A stretch of DNA of 64,000 nt. Origin: Macrostomum lignano (taxonomy: Eukaryota). The notes under the pieces are model-generated. The model was given only the letters and a program-made list of their open reading frames with translations. It did no database searches and had not been told where the DNA came from. The stretch lies in assembly GCA_002269645.1 (NCBI GenBank), contig NIVC01001010.1:248001-312000 (forward strand). The letters run 5' to 3'. The position numbers and the translations under genes are program-made. Shown here piece after piece: positions 62,620 through 64,000 of this stretch. Numbering within the stretch: the stretch's first letter is position 1; the number at the start of each line of letters is the position of its first letter.

Positions 62620-64000
62620 CTGTGTACAATAATCTATGGCGAATGCCGAGCTGTGTACAATAATCTGAATAATCTATGGTGAATGCCGAGCTGTGTACAA
62701 GAAATCTATGGTGATCAATGCCGAGCTGTGTACAATAATCTATGGTGAACGCTGAGCTGTGTACAATAATCTATGGTGAACGCCGAGCTGTGTACAATAA
62801 TCTATGGTGAACGCCGAGCTGTGTACAATAATCTATGGTGAACGCTGAGCTGTGTACAATAATCTATGGTGAACGCCGAGCTGTGTACAATAATCTATGG
62901 TGAACGCCGAGCTGTGTACAATAATCTATGGTGAACGCCGAGCTGTGTACAATAATCTATGGTGAACGCCGAGCTGTGTACAATAATCTATGGTGAATGC
63001 CGAGCTGTGTACAATAATCTATGGTGAATGCCGAGCTGTGTACAATAATCTATGGTGAACGCCGAGCTGTGTACAATAATCTATGGTGAACGCCGAGCTG
63101 TGTACAATAATCTATGGTGAACGCCGAGCTGTGTACAATAATCTATGGTGAACGCCGAGCTGTGTACAATAATCTATGGTGAACGCCGAGCTGTGTACAA
63201 TAATCTATGGTGAACGCTGAGCTGTGTACAATAATCTATGGTGAACGCCGAGCTGTGTACAATAATCTATGGTGAACGCCGAGCTGTGTACAATAATCTA
63301 TGGTGAACGCCGAGCTGTGTACAATAATCTATGGTGAATGCCGAGCTGTGTACAATAATCTATGGTGAACGCCGAGCTGTGTACAATAATCTATGGTGAA
63401 CGCCGAGCTGTGTACAATAATCTATGGTGAACGCCGAGCTGTGTACAATAATCTATGGTGAACGCTGAGCTGTGTACAATAATCTATGGTGAACGCCGAG
63501 CTGTGTACAATAATCTATGGTGAACGCCGAGCTGTGTACAATAATCTATGGTGATCAATGCCGAGCTGTGTACAATAGTCTATGGTGAATGCCGAGCTGT
63601 GTACAATAATCTATGGTGAACGCCGAGCTGTGTACAATAATCTATGGTGAACGCCGAGCTGTGTACAATAATCTATGGTGAATGCCGAGCTGTGTACAAT
63701 AATCTATGGTGAACGCCGAGCTGTGTACAATAATCTATGGTGAACGCCGAGCTGTGTACAATAATCTATGGTGAACGCCGAGCTGTGTACAATAATCTAT
63801 GGTGAATGCCGAGCTGTGTACAATAATCTATGGTGAATGCCGAGCTGTGTACAATAATCTATGGTGATCAACGCCGAGCTGTGTACAATAATCTATGGTG
63901 ATCAACGCCGAGCTGTGTACAATAATCTATGGTGATCAAGGCTGAGCTGTGTACAACAATAATCTATGGTGATCAACGCCGAGCTGTGTACAATAATCTA
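62620..64000. repeat. 31-bp minisatellite (gccgagctgtgtacaataatctatggtgaac), running off the window end
   Basis: About 44 near-identical units. Confidence 0.96.

Overview
Eukaryotic (metazoan) genomic DNA, not prokaryotic: GC-rich exons, GT-AG introns and about 30 different minisatellite arrays that fill a large share of the window. This style resembles the flatworm Macrostomum; that is an inference, not a database result. All gene models were built by hand from splice signals and reading phase. (1) Src-family tyrosine kinase, minus strand, 2 exons (4861-4091, 1707-928). (2) An unusual ankyrin-repeat-caspase fusion, minus strand, 3 exons (10267-9626, 9369-8416, 8035-7634), with about 10 ANK repeats in front of a catalytically intact caspase domain. 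(3) A complete, very young, ultra-compact Ty3/Gypsy (Mag-like) LTR retrotransposon (16728-21362; 359-bp LTRs; TGACC target-site duplication). (4) A class A GPCR, plus strand, 2 exons. (5) Dynein light chain roadblock. (6) An ESRP/fusilli splicing regulator, minus strand, 9-10 exons (39852 to 55777 or 57190), with an apparent fourth RRM. There are also two kinds of MITE-like element. Most long ORFs in the supplied track are translations of tandem repeats and are not genes. The best novelty candidates are the ANK-caspase and the systematic placement of minisatellites right after splice donors and on stop codons.
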